Source of the DNA: Pseudomonadota bacterium
GTDB taxonomy: Bacteria > Pseudomonadota > Alphaproteobacteria > RF32 > CAG-239
Assembly (NCBI GenBank): GCA_918234285.1
Contig: CAKJXZ020000030.1
Coordinates: forward strand, 59,932-123,931
Direction of reading: 5' to 3'
DNA: 64,000 nucleotides
The stretch's first letter is position 1. The number at the start of each line of letters is the position of its first letter. Position numbers and translations under genes: made by a program. The notes beneath the pieces are model-generated. The model saw only the letters and a list, made by a program, of their open reading frames with translations, was not told the DNA's origin and did not search any database. Of the stretch, positions 49,343 to 59,031 are shown piece after piece.

Positions 49343-49744
49343 ATGAAAATATTACAGATTTTAACCATAATTTTTTGTTTATCGCTCGGCTATGCGTTGC
49401 CGACAAATGCTGCTCCGGACAATCCTGCCCGTCACGAAATTGCGATGCAGAAAAACCTTAAAAAAGGACCGCGCCATCATCGCGCCATGAGCAAGGCCAT
49501 GATGGAAGACTTAAACCTTTCCGACGAACAAAAAGCCCAGTGGAAAAAAATTTCCGAACGCCGGAAAAATGAAATGGCCCCGCTGCGTGAACAGATGCAA
49601 AAACTGCACGAAAAGGAACAATTGGTTAATAAAAAATATGATGCGGAAATCAGAAAGATTTTAAATGCCGAACAGATAAAAAAATATGAATCGATGTTGC
49701 CGCAAAAATCTGCGAGCAGAAAACCCCACGCAGATAAAAAATAG
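49343..49744 (+). CDS. Spy/CpxP family periplasmic chaperone
   Basis: Signal peptide; LNLSDEQKAQ and ILNAEQ (LTxxQ-like) motifs. Confidence 0.78.
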   Translation: MKILQILTIIFCLSLGYALPTNAAPDNPARHEIAMQKNLKKGPRHHRAMSKAMMEDLNLSDEQKAQWKKISERRKNEMAPLREQMQKLHEKEQLVNKKYDAEIRKILNAEQIKKYESMLPQKSASRKPHADKK

Positions 49745-49775
49745 AAAAAATCGGAGTTAATCTCCGATTTTTTTT
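49745..49775. terminator. Bidirectional terminator
   Basis: aaaaaatcggag-ttaat-ctccgatttttt. Confidence 0.7.
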
Positions 49776-49929
49776 ACATGCCGTACAAATATTTATATGC
49801 TCCGTAAGCCAAGGCCCCAAGCACCCCGAAAGTGATCAAATACATCGGCAATTTGAGAATAAATTTAAAAAGCGAAATCACTACAATAAACCCAATAATC
49901 ATCGCTATAGTTGATGTATCTATATTCAT
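49774..49929 (-). CDS. Small membrane protein (51 aa, not in the ORF track)
   Basis: GAGGTG RBS; MNIDTSTIAMIIGFIVVISLFKFILKLPMYLITFGVLGALAYGAYKYLYGM. Confidence 0.65.
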   Translation of the reverse strand: MNIDTSTIAMIIGFIVVISLFKFILKLPMYLITFGVLGALAYGAYKYLYGM

Positions 49930-50031
49930 CTTTCACCTCCGGTATTTTTTTGCATTGTAAAATAAAATGTTTGAAAAGTAAACATTGAAATTTATCGAAT
50001 AAAAATTATTTTCAAAACAGGAGGATAAAAA

Positions 50032-50508
50032 ATGTTTCAAAAACCTTTTTACAATTTTCTTTATAGCCTGTTCTTGGTACTTATTACCGCCGGATTTTGT
50101 TCTTACTTCAATCGTATCGGTATGGAAAATTTTTATTCATCGATAAATCTTTCGACTTTAACTCCGCCGAATATGGTTTTTCCGGTTGTGTGGACGGTGC
50201 TGTATGCTTTATCGGTATTTGCGTTTGACTTGGTGCTTAATTCGAAAAATAAGCCGCTTATTCAGCCGGCAGCCACGTTGTTTACATTCAATTTGTTTTT
50301 ACAGGTTTTATGGACTTATGTATTTTTTTATAACGCATATTTCTTCAGCGGTTTGGCAGTATTGGTTATTTTAGATTTTGCGACCGCACTACTGATTTGG
50401 CGGTTTTATCTCGCCGAGCATCTCGCCGGTTGGATCATGGTTCCTTATTTTATTTGGCTGTTGTTTGCCACATATTTAAATTGGGCGGTTGTAATTTTAA
50501 ATCCGTAA
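50032..50508 (+). CDS. tspO: TspO/MBR family protein
   Basis: TPPNMVFPVVWTVLY, W..VFF, PY..WL.FATYLN. Confidence 0.92.
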   Translation: MFQKPFYNFLYSLFLVLITAGFCSYFNRIGMENFYSSINLSTLTPPNMVFPVVWTVLYALSVFAFDLVLNSKNKPLIQPAATLFTFNLFLQVLWTYVFFYNAYFFSGLAVLVILDFATALLIWRFYLAEHLAGWIMVPYFIWLLFATYLNWAVVILNP

Positions 50509-50578
50509 AAAATATTGACACTGCTTTAAAAAAGTATAAATAATTGAGGCAGATATTGTATAATTTAAATAAGTTTAT

Positions 50579-51064
50579 ATGAAAAAGATTATTATTCTCT
50601 TGCTGGCAATTCTGCTTTTTATGCCGGCAACGATTGCGGCCAAAGAAAAAAAGCCGAAATTTCAGAACAAGACCTCTCTTCTCATCCGCGAGTATCGTGA
50701 CTCTACCGGAACTCAAATGCGCTACGGTTTAAAACGAAAACGCAAAACCTTGCTGGAGCCGCGTTACTTTATGCGTTTCAACCAAACTGTTCGCGTTTTT
50801 GTGTTCTATACCGAACATGAAATATATGTAGTCGATGAGTATGGTGGAATCCTCTTACATGAAGAATCTGACGCTCCCGAGTGGGTCGGAGTTGAGGTAC
50901 TGATTGAGCCGGTTCATATCCGCGAGGATGTGCAGTGTTATGAAATAAACCTGTACTTTGTTGATTCCGATTTGGTAATTATGCGTAATTTAGGCATATT
51001 TTTCCATGACGGAGAACACCTCTACAAAATTTTAACCGAGCCGCAGATTATTCCGATGAATTAG
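50579..51064 (+). CDS. Hypothetical secreted protein
   Basis: Signal peptide MKKIIILLLAILLF; terminator hairpin at 51063-51090. Confidence 0.6.
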   Translation: MKKIIILLLAILLFMPATIAAKEKKPKFQNKTSLLIREYRDSTGTQMRYGLKRKRKTLLEPRYFMRFNQTVRVFVFYTEHEIYVVDEYGGILLHEESDAPEWVGVEVLIEPVHIREDVQCYEINLYFVDSDLVIMRNLGIFFHDGEHLYKILTEPQIIPMN

Positions 51065-51182
51065 GTTATGCTTAAAAGGCATAACCTTTTTCTTTTAGAA
51101 AACAGATGATTACCTCATTTTATTACTTGTATTTTTTTTATAAATGTTTTATTGCCTAAAATATACGCAACAGGAGTTTTAA

Positions 51183-51983
51183 ATGTATAAAAACAAGCAA
51201 GGCATAAAAATTTATGACAGTCCCGAGGATTTTGCAGGTATGCGCAAAGCCGGCAAAGTCGCGGCCGAGTGTTTGGATTATATTACCGATTATGTTGAAG
51301 TGGGTATAACTACCGGCGAGTTGGACGATTTGTGCCTTAAATTTATGGAATCCAAAGGCGCAAAATCAGCCTGCTTGGGTTATCACGGCTACCCGAAAGC
51401 AACCTGTATTTCCATTAATCAGGTTATCTGTCACGGTATTCCGGATTATGAGCGCAAATTGGCCGACGGCGACATTTTGAACATTGATGTTACCGCTATT
51501 GTTGACGGCTATTACGGCGACACCAGCCGTATGTATTATGCCGGAAAGCCGAAAATCAAGGGCAAACGCCTGTGCGAAGTAACTTATGAATGTATGATGC
51601 GCGGTATAGACGTCGTAAAACCGGGTGCACATTTCGGCGACATCGGCGCGGTTATTGAAGAATACGCCCACAAATACGGATATTCGGTGGTAGATATGTT
51701 TTGCGGCCACGGATTGGGTAAAGTTTTTCACGATGAACCTAATGTTATGCACTGCGGCATGAAAGGCACCGGTCCGATTATGGAAGAAGGAATGTTTTTC
51801 ACCATTGAGCCGATGATAAACCTCGGCAAAAAAGACGGGGTAATCCTTTCCAACGGTTGGACCGCCGTAACTTGCGACCACAGCTGGTCGGCACAATTTG
51901 AACATTCCATGGGGGTTACTAAAGACGGGGTTGAGGTATTCACTTATTCTCCCAAAGGTTTTGATAAACCGCCTTATAAATAA
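51183..51983 (+). CDS. map: Methionine aminopeptidase type I
   Basis: CISIN..ICHGIP, NIDVT, GDTSR, CGHG, FTIEPMIN, SAQFEH. Confidence 0.97.
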   Translation: MYKNKQGIKIYDSPEDFAGMRKAGKVAAECLDYITDYVEVGITTGELDDLCLKFMESKGAKSACLGYHGYPKATCISINQVICHGIPDYERKLADGDILNIDVTAIVDGYYGDTSRMYYAGKPKIKGKRLCEVTYECMMRGIDVVKPGAHFGDIGAVIEEYAHKYGYSVVDMFCGHGLGKVFHDEPNVMHCGMKGTGPIMEEGMFFTIEPMINLGKKDGVILSNGWTAVTCDHSWSAQFEHSMGVTKDGVEVFTYSPKGFDKPPYK

Positions 51984-52002
51984 TTTGCAGAAAGAAACAT
52001 AT

Positions 52003-52776
52003 ATGACTACCAAAGAACAACAACCTTCATATTACGGACATCGTGAGCGCTTGCGGACTCGTTTTATGGTGGATGAAGGTCGCAGTATGCCGGATTACGA
52101 ATTATTGGAACTGTTGTTGACTATGGCTATTCCGCGACGCGATGTCAAACCTATCGCCAAAAATTTAATAGAAAAATTCAAAGACATAAAGGGAGTTTTA
52201 AACGCACCGGCGCATAAATTGATGGATGAAGCAGATTTAAGCCCGAACGCCATAGTGTTGTTGCGCCTTCTTCATACTTGTATGTTGCGTTCGGCTTATC
52301 AGGGATTTACGGTTTCCGAGGAGCCGGTTATCCTGAATTGGAGTCAGTTGGAAGAGCATTATTGGCAAAAATTGGCTTATAGCGAAATTGAAGAATTTCA
52401 CGTTTGCTTTTTGGATGAAAGCGGCCATTATAAAGGCGAAAAACAGCTTTCCACCGGCACAATTAATCAAGCAACCGTACACCCGCGAGAAATCATTCGC
52501 GCCGCCATAGAAAATCAGGCCGTATATGTTATTCTCGTTCATAATCATCCGTCCGGTGCATACAAACCATCCCCCAATGATTTAGCGATTACACGAGAAA
52601 TTGAGGCACTGGCCGATGTTATGAATTTTGAAGTTTTCGACCATCTGATTGTTGCCAAAGACGGGGTTTACAGCTTTCGCAAAGAAGGCTTAATTGTTCC
52701 GAAGAAAAAACGCGGCGAAAACAGCAAATTGCCTGAAGATAAAAAAGAGCCTAAACGAAAACGCACCAAAAAATAA
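52003..52776 (+). CDS. radC: RadC family JAB-domain protein
   Basis: GHRERLR, DYELLELLL, GTIN...VHPREI, HNHPSG..PS..D, DHLIV. Confidence 0.95.
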   Translation: MTTKEQQPSYYGHRERLRTRFMVDEGRSMPDYELLELLLTMAIPRRDVKPIAKNLIEKFKDIKGVLNAPAHKLMDEADLSPNAIVLLRLLHTCMLRSAYQGFTVSEEPVILNWSQLEEHYWQKLAYSEIEEFHVCFLDESGHYKGEKQLSTGTINQATVHPREIIRAAIENQAVYVILVHNHPSGAYKPSPNDLAITREIEALADVMNFEVFDHLIVAKDGVYSFRKEGLIVPKKKRGENSKLPEDKKEPKRKRTKK

Positions 52777-52836
52777 GCAGAGCTTAAAATAACTCTTGCA
52801 AAATAAAAAATATGGTGTAAATATAGCTTTGGTCGA

Positions 52837-52913
52837 CGGGGTGTAGCTCAGCCTGGTAGAGCGCTTGGTTTGGGACCAAGATGTCGCGTGTTCGAATCTC
52901 GTCGCCCCGACCA
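52837..52913 (+). tRNA. tRNA-Pro(TGG)
   Basis: cggggtgtagctcagcctggtagagcg-cttgg-tt-TGG-ga-ccaag...ttcgaat...cgccccgacca. Confidence 0.95.
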
Positions 52914-52920
52914 CAAACAC

Positions 52921-52949
52921 AAAAAGCCACCATTTTTGGTGGCTTTTTT
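52921..52949 (+). terminator. Intrinsic terminator after tRNA-Pro
   Basis: aaaaagccacca-tttt-tggtggcttttt. Confidence 0.8.
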
Positions 52950-53094
52950 GCGTTTGTAGATTGCGTGCAATCAGATTAGAACACGCGAGGGAGCGTGTTT
53001 GACAAGGAGGCTTGGCGAGACGAGAGTATCGCCGCATAAAGCCGACGCAGCGGCGCAGATTTTTTAACAAAAAAATCAAGCCAATCTCGTCGCC
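52950..53094 (+). repeat. tRNA-Pro-linked hairpin element
   Basis: 52973-52988 is antisense to the T-arm (15/16); 53083-53094 aatctcgtcgcc repeats 52895-52906. Confidence 0.75.
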
Positions 53095-53297
53095 GTAATA
53101 ATCAAAACCACAATGTCTTTGTCTTTTGAAATTCCGTAAATCCGCTTGATTTGTACTAAAACGCCTGAAACGGTAGTGGAAAATCACTCTCTTTTTAATA
53201 CTTTGAATTTGCGACATAATTTCGCTACACTTGCAAAAATCTTCCGAAACGTGCCATATGCCCGGCAATCATATATCAAAGGCGAAACCGGATACCT

Positions 53298-53636
53298 TTA
53301 AATTAAGCAAAAAATTGTCGTTATTACTATCAGTATCAAGAAATAAATCAATGTTTGCCACAAAAGCCGTTTTCCGGAACTTAAAGTTTTATTTTTGTAA
53401 AAGCGGTTTATCAGCGGATTAGCCAAGATATAGGTCAATACAAACGATATAACGGCAAATATCCGAATGTTATATCTTAATGTTTCTTTGTTTTTTAAAT
53501 AAAATTCCAAATCATCTCCTTCAAAAGGAGTATTTTCCAGAAAAGCAAAGAACAAACCTATCGTTAATGTAACGATTATAATCCAATAAATCCAAAATTT
53601 TGCGACATTAATCAATTTACTTCCGAACTTAGGCAT
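53298..53636 (-). CDS. Hypothetical membrane protein
   Basis: Three hydrophobic segments; AT-rich. Confidence 0.6.
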   Translation of the reverse strand: MPKFGSKLINVAKFWIYWIIIVTLTIGLFFAFLENTPFEGDDLEFYLKNKETLRYNIRIFAVISFVLTYILANPLINRFYKNKTLSSGKRLLWQTLIYFLILIVITTIFCLI

Positions 53637-53652
53637 TTTAAATCTCTTCAAG

Positions 53653-54015
53653 CTATTTCCACTTTGTTTGTATATATTCACGAGTTTTATCTTGCAACTT
53701 TTTATTGTATTTGTAAAGAGGTGAATTATACGCATTTGCTAAATCAGCATTTGTCCAATCAGATACATCCTTATATAAAGGCGAATTAGTATCTGAAACC
53801 GCATGAATGAAATCCATTTCGCTGACATTCTGAGCCATAGGTGAATTTGGATTTTGATATTCTCTCAAAAGATTTACCGTTTCATCTTCATTTTCGTTTA
53901 ATGGTTTTATCCCTAAATCTATTCCGGTTGCTCCGGAAAAAGCTTTTTTACCTCCAGTTTTTATTAATTGTTTTTTTAATAAACTTACCGCAGTTGGTAA
54001 TAATTGTATTGGCAT
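53653..54015 (-). CDS. Hypothetical protein with NSPL/NSPM internal repeats
   Basis: AGGAGG RBS; NSPMAQNVSE, NSPLYKDVSD, NSPLYKY. Confidence 0.7.
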   Translation of the reverse strand: MPIQLLPTAVSLLKKQLIKTGGKKAFSGATGIDLGIKPLNENEDETVNLLREYQNPNSPMAQNVSEMDFIHAVSDTNSPLYKDVSDWTNADLANAYNSPLYKYNKKLQDKTREYIQTKWK

Positions 54016-54106
54016 TTTATCCTCCTATTAAAAGTTTAAATTACTATTCAGATTAAAACTCTAACAGGAAACAAATGACTTGTATATGCCCTATATCATG
54101 CAGAAA

Positions 54107-54574
54107 TTAAGCTTTATCATGCAAAAGCTTTTTAAACTCTCGATTATTTTGTTGCGCCAACTGTCTTAATTTGTTTTTTTGATTCTGTTCAACATAAGGT
54201 ATTTGCACTTCATTTGCTTTATTTGCTAAGAACCATTCAACAAAACTGTTTGCTGTTAGTTTTCCGCCATTTTGCAAAGCAATATCAAACTGTTCTCGTT
54301 GAACCTGTTTAAAATATTCCCGAAACGGCGCATACTTTTGGTCTTTAATGTCTGATTTTCGTTTGGCTTCTGAGCGCGTATGACATTCTATAACAGATTC
54401 AATAGTATCATTATGTAATTCTCTCCAGTATTCTCTGGCTTCGGCAAGCACATCCGCTGCCCAAGATAAAATCTGTTGCTGAAACTCTTTGTTTCGGTGT
54501 AAATACTTATTATGCAGGCACATTGCATCAAATTTGCGCAACGCCCTGATTGGTATAATTTCTTTATAATCCAT
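54107..54574 (-). CDS. Hypothetical protein
   Basis: AAGGAG RBS; 155-aa ORF. Confidence 0.7.
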   Translation of the reverse strand: MDYKEIIPIRALRKFDAMCLHNKYLHRNKEFQQQILSWAADVLAEAREYWRELHNDTIESVIECHTRSEAKRKSDIKDQKYAPFREYFKQVQREQFDIALQNGGKLTANSFVEWFLANKANEVQIPYVEQNQKNKLRQLAQQNNREFKKLLHDKA

Positions 54575-54800
54575 CTCTACTCCTTTACTAAATAAGAATT
54601 ATATTATTTTAGTTAGGTAGTAATACCTAAAAACGCAAGGGTATGTTAGCTTTTCCGGTATAATCGGCGGTGGAGTATAAAAACATTTTGAATCAATGAG
54701 TTATACTCTTAAAAGTATAAAATATGAGAAATTATCCACAAAAAAGTGCATTTGTAACAATTTGTGATAAGACATTTTTGCCATTTTATGCTAGTTTTTT

Positions 54801-55064
54801 TGATATAATTCGGGAGAAGCGTGTGTAAAATAAAAACAACCTCAAAATGTTGTTTTTATTTGGAACAGCGAAGTTTTGTTAATAAGCAAGCTAGCGTAAG
54901 CGACGCGTGGCGAATTTACAAAACAAGTGACCGAAGCGAAGTTAGCAAGCGCAAAAAGGCGCGAGCTTACGGAGCAAGAAGAGCATTAAATTTCGCACGT
55001 TTTTTGCGTTTTAAACGGACTACTTTAACCGGCCTTCGGAAGTAAAATTCCGAGGGCTTTTTTT
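54801..55064 (+). ncRNA. Candidate structured non-coding transcript
   Basis: TGaTATAAT at 54801-54809, hairpins, terminator at 55032-55064; homologous to 14739-14847. Confidence 0.4.
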
Positions 55065-55086
55065 GTGCCTGTTTTTCAAAAAACTA

Positions 55087-55118
55087 CTGGACTTCTACCG
55101 AAAAGCAAGCATTCATTG
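55087..55118 (+). promoter_or_regulatory. Element-specific promoter-like motif, copy 1
   Basis: ctggac-N14-aagcattcattg. Confidence 0.7.
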
Positions 55119-55137
55119 TTATCAATAGGAGACAAAG

Positions 55138-55557
55138 ATGAATTGGAAAAATTTAGAGGACTATCCGTTAAAAGATTTACAGAAAATGTGGTTGGACTAC
55201 TTTGATAAGCCTTATTGTTCAAACAGTAAGGCTTTTTTCGTATCCCGTATCGGATACAGGCTACAGGAATTGAAATACGGCGGTTTGAAACCGGAAACAA
55301 AAAATATGCTGGTTAAAATGTTTAATTCGAAAGAATACCGGAATCCGATTTTTATCAAAGACGAACGCTTACCGAGTGTCGGCACGATTTTGGTAAAAAT
55401 CCATAACGGCGTGGAACATCGCGTGCGCATTAAAGGTGCGGCGCAAATTGAGTATAACGGCAAAATTTATAAGACTTTGACCGCGGTGGCACAGCAAATT
55501 ACCGGTCGGCACTGTTCGGGTTACAGTTTTTTCGGACTATCGGAAAAGAGAGGTTAA
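55138..55557 (+). CDS. DUF2924 domain protein
   Basis: L...W...F...IGYRLQE..YGGL, GT.L....NGVEH.V, Y.TLTAVA..ITG...SG..FFGL. Confidence 0.9.
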   Translation: MNWKNLEDYPLKDLQKMWLDYFDKPYCSNSKAFFVSRIGYRLQELKYGGLKPETKNMLVKMFNSKEYRNPIFIKDERLPSVGTILVKIHNGVEHRVRIKGAAQIEYNGKIYKTLTAVAQQITGRHCSGYSFFGLSEKRG

Positions 55558-55558
55558 T

Positions 55559-57274
55559 ATGAGCGAAGACATTATAAAGAGCATCAAATGCGCAATATAT
55601 ACGCGCAAATCGACGGACGAAGGACTGGAAAAAGAGTTTAACACCTTAGAGGCGCAACGCGAAGCCGGCTTAAACTATGTTAAGTCGCAGGTGCATCAGG
55701 GTTGGGAAGCCTTAGCCGAACACTATGATGACGGCGGTTATTCCGGCGGCAATATGAATCGTCCGGCCCTCAAACGCCTGTTTGAAGATATCCGGGCCGG
55801 TAAAGTTGATATGATTGTGGTCTATAAAATCGACCGTTTAACCCGTTCGCTGACTGATTTTTCCAAGATGATGGAACTGTTCGACGAGTATAAAGTGTCG
55901 TTTGTTTCGGTAACACAAAACTTTAACACCTATGATTCGATGGGCCGGCTGACCCTGAATGTGTTGCTGTCATTTGCGCAATTTGAGCGAGAAGTCAGCG
56001 GTGAGCGTATTCGCGATAAAATCTCGGCCTCAAAAAAGAAAGGTATGTGGATGGGCGGTCCGTTGCCGCTCGGGTACGACCTGAAAGATAAAAAACTGGT
56101 GGTTAATCCGGACGAAGCCGAGGTGGTGCGCCTAATGTTTGAAAAATATTTGGTCTGCAAATCGCCGCAATATTTGGCAGATTGGCTCAATAACAGCGGC
56201 TACCGGACCAAAATGAAAGTTACCAAAAGCGGTAAAACCATCGGCGGCAAGCTGTTTGACCGCGCGCATTTGTATCTGATTTTAGATAACCGCTTGTATT
56301 TAGGTAAAATTTATTATAAAGGCGAACTTTATGACGGCCAACACGAAGCGATTATTTCGCAAAATTTGTGGGATAAGGTGCATAAGCTGAAAGATAAGCC
56401 CTTTGCCGAAAAGGCATCGATTAATAAGACCTTTGAGTTCAAAACACTTAAAGGTCTTTTATTTTGCGGCTGTTGCGGCTATGCGATGGTGCCGACCAAG
56501 GCGGTTAAGCACAACAAGGAATATTACTATTACACCTCACTCAAGGCCATTCGCAAGAGTTACCGCTTCTGCGAGATCAAGTCGGTGCCGGCGTTGGCGC
56601 TTGAAAATTATGTGATGAACAAGCTCAAGGATTTGTTGACAGACCCTCTGGTTGTTCACTCGCTTTCCAATGAAGTAACGAAACGCCTGCCGGATAAAAG
56701 CGAATATGACGTGATTAAGGTGGTGCAAGGCAATAAATTTATCAATGCTTTGGGTGCGGAAACCCGGCAACAGCTATTTAATCTGGCCATTTCGCGGATA
56801 ACAATTTTGCCGGATAAAATCAAAATCCAGCTCAAAAATTCGATGGATAAACTGGTGCAAAACAGCCTGCTTGAGAATAACGTATGGGTTTATAATCCGG
56901 AAACCTCGGCTTATGAAATGACGGAAAACGTCGCGTTTTTGAAGCGCCGACAGCAAACCGAGATTTACGTCGGTGACGAAGCGGAAGAACGACATCAGGA
57001 CAAACAAATGATTGTGGCTCTGGTGCGGGCTTTCGGCTGGCAACATAAACTCGAGCGCGGCAACCTTAATATTCAGGAACTGGCGCAACTCGAGCAAATG
57101 GACCGCAGTTATATGGGTAAAATCATTCGCCTGACCTGTCTGGCGCCGGATATCGTCGAGAGTATTCTGGCCGGTCTGCAACCGCGTGATTTAACGCTTA
57201 AAGACCTGATTCGCAACACAATTCCGGTGGATTGGAACGAACAGCGCAAAATGTTCGGCTTTCGCCAAGATTAA
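55559..57274 (+). CDS. Large serine recombinase
   Basis: CAIYTRKST, DDGGYSGG..RPAL, IDRLTRS, SFAQFERE, zinc ribbon CGCCG. Confidence 0.95.
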   Translation: MSEDIIKSIKCAIYTRKSTDEGLEKEFNTLEAQREAGLNYVKSQVHQGWEALAEHYDDGGYSGGNMNRPALKRLFEDIRAGKVDMIVVYKIDRLTRSLTDFSKMMELFDEYKVSFVSVTQNFNTYDSMGRLTLNVLLSFAQFEREVSGERIRDKISASKKKGMWMGGPLPLGYDLKDKKLVVNPDEAEVVRLMFEKYLVCKSPQYLADWLNNSGYRTKMKVTKSGKTIGGKLFDRAHLYLILDNRLYLGKIYYKGELYDGQHEAIISQNLWDKVHKLKDKPFAEKASINKTFEFKTLKGLLFCGCCGYAMVPTKAVKHNKEYYYYTSLKAIRKSYRFCEIKSVPALALENYVMNKLKDLLTDPLVVHSLSNEVTKRLPDKSEYDVIKVVQGNKFINALGAETRQQLFNLAISRITILPDKIKIQLKNSMDKLVQNSLLENNVWVYNPETSAYEMTENVAFLKRRQQTEIYVGDEAEERHQDKQMIVALVRAFGWQHKLERGNLNIQELAQLEQMDRSYMGKIIRLTCLAPDIVESILAGLQPRDLTLKDLIRNTIPVDWNEQRKMFGFRQD

Positions 57275-57291
57275 ACAATAAGAGAAATTCA

Positions 57292-58068
57292 ATGACAACA
57301 GAAAATCAGAGTAAATCTGAACGCTTGGCGTTTCCGGATACAATCCCGTCTGAGTATGGCTTTATTACTATTGACCGGGAATTTGTGAATTGGTCGCTGT
57401 TTCACGACGACGCGGCGTGGAAAATGATGTGCTATCTGTTAATGCGTGCCAATTATAAAACGCGGTTTTGGGGTGCACGGACGATTAACCCCGGCGAATA
57501 TGTGACCAGCTATGCACATTTGAGCGAAGATTTGCACAAACCTCGCGACACAGTCAAGCATTTGCTGACCAAACTGAAAAATATCGGCGAAGTAAAGACG
57601 ATGCGCCTCGGTAACGCCCTACTTATTTCAATGCCTAACTATTTGAAATATCAGCGGTTTCGAACGCGTCGACATAAGGACAGCGCCCGACCTGAGCCCG
57701 ACATAAGCCCGGAACCAGACCATCAGGCGCTCACGACTAAAGAAAATAAACCAGGGAATAATTTTAAAAGGAAAGAAAATTATACGCGCAGGCAAAGTTT
57801 TTCTGATCCTGACAACGGTGGATTTGTGAGCTTAGGGGCTATTTTTGCTCGGCAAATGGAGCCTCCGGCAAAAAAATATCACTTTAACACCTTTCCGCCG
57901 GACCGAGCGGAGGTTGAAATGTATGTCAAAAATAACAATATGGATATTGATGTGGATCATTTCTTTGAGCACTACGAGCGAACCGATTGGTGTAACCAGA
58001 AAGGCAAGAAGCTGGGAGGTTGGCATTTTGCCTTACACCGACTGGTTGATCAAGGCATATATATTTAA
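57292..58068 (+). CDS. Phage-type replication initiator-like protein
   Basis: GFITIDR...W, LLMRANY, GEYVTSY..LS...HTH, C-terminal FFEHYE...W; short internal repeats gcccgac/cgacataag at 57670-57712. Confidence 0.72.
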   Translation: MTTENQSKSERLAFPDTIPSEYGFITIDREFVNWSLFHDDAAWKMMCYLLMRANYKTRFWGARTINPGEYVTSYAHLSEDLHKPRDTVKHLLTKLKNIGEVKTMRLGNALLISMPNYLKYQRFRTRRHKDSARPEPDISPEPDHQALTTKENKPGNNFKRKENYTRRQSFSDPDNGGFVSLGAIFARQMEPPAKKYHFNTFPPDRAEVEMYVKNNNMDIDVDHFFEHYERTDWCNQKGKKLGGWHFALHRLVDQGIYI

Positions 58069-58078
58069 CCGTTAACAC

Positions 58079-58108
58079 AAAAGGCGGTGGGGAATGCCAC
58101 CGCCTTTT
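58079..58108. terminator. Bidirectional terminator
   Basis: aaaaggcggtgg-ggaatg-ccaccgcctttt. Confidence 0.8.
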
Positions 58109-58118
58109 TCGGGAAAGG

Positions 58119-58979
58119 TTATTTTCTATTATTAAATGCGGCTGATGACCAAATATCGTAATCATCGTCGGTCGGGAGATAATATTCCAGATATCCGTCT
58201 GTAGTTAATCGCCAACGCCAAGCATATTCGCCTTCTACAAACACATCACCGGAATCGCTCAAAACAACACTCGAACCCTGCCGGTTAAAGCACATTCCGA
58301 TAAGCATTTTCAGGTTTTCAACATCAAGTGCCGTCAAAATAATCGTTTGAAACTGTCCGCGCCGGTATTGTTTATTCTTGCGCATTGCCGGCAAATAGCA
58401 CTCAAATCCAAGTTCTACAATCGGTTCCCAATGGAAAACCATTCGCCGATGATAGCGGTAACCGTTTTGCCATACCGGACGCCAGCAAGCAAAATAGCGC
58501 TTGTATACGAAAATATCTCCGGTATGCGTAAATTGAATAAAAGCGGTCGGAATTTTGAGACTCTCAGACAGTTTACCGCGCATCTCTTGAATGCTTCCGG
58601 CTACGCAAAGGACTTTCTCTTCCTGTGGCTCGGCTTCTTCTAATGTTTTCAGCACCGCATCGTAGGCCGCACGCTTGTCCTCATCTTTAAGCGTATCGTA
58701 GGCCTCGGTTATCTTTCTGAATTGCGAAGCGGCATTTTTGCTTGAATTATGGTCGGGATGGTACTTTTTTGCTAATTGACGATAAGATTTCTTAATCTCT
58801 TCAGGCGAAGCATCTTCAGTAACCTTTAATACCGTATAAAGGCTGTTTTTGACCTTTTTAACCGTCGGAGCAGACTTATCTTTCTTAGTCTCTTGCTGTT
58901 TTACCTTCGGCTTTTTGTTTTTTGAGGCAAATAAGCCGAGCAAGAAGAAAAACAGCAATATGTATAGAAAAGTTCCCAT
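58119..58979 (-). CDS. Membrane-anchored DnaJ-domain protein
   Basis: N-terminal TM helix; LY.VL.V...AS.EEIKKSYR.LAKKYHPD...AYD.L.D. Confidence 0.88.
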   Translation of the reverse strand: MGTFLYILLFFFLLGLFASKNKKPKVKQQETKKDKSAPTVKKVKNSLYTVLKVTEDASPEEIKKSYRQLAKKYHPDHNSSKNAASQFRKITEAYDTLKDEDKRAAYDAVLKTLEEAEPQEEKVLCVAGSIQEMRGKLSESLKIPTAFIQFTHTGDIFVYKRYFACWRPVWQNGYRYHRRMVFHWEPIVELGFECYLPAMRKNKQYRRGQFQTIILTALDVENLKMLIGMCFNRQGSSVVLSDSGDVFVEGEYAWRWRLTTDGYLEYYLPTDDDYDIWSSAAFNNRK

Positions 58980-59031
58980 TTGCAATCCGTTTCAGATAGT
59001 CCTTGCGGCTGTTGTTACAGCAAAACTGTGC

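Noticed and set aside
52690-53268. 192-aa minus-strand ORF
   Set aside because: It spans tRNA-Pro and its terminator, so it is spurious.
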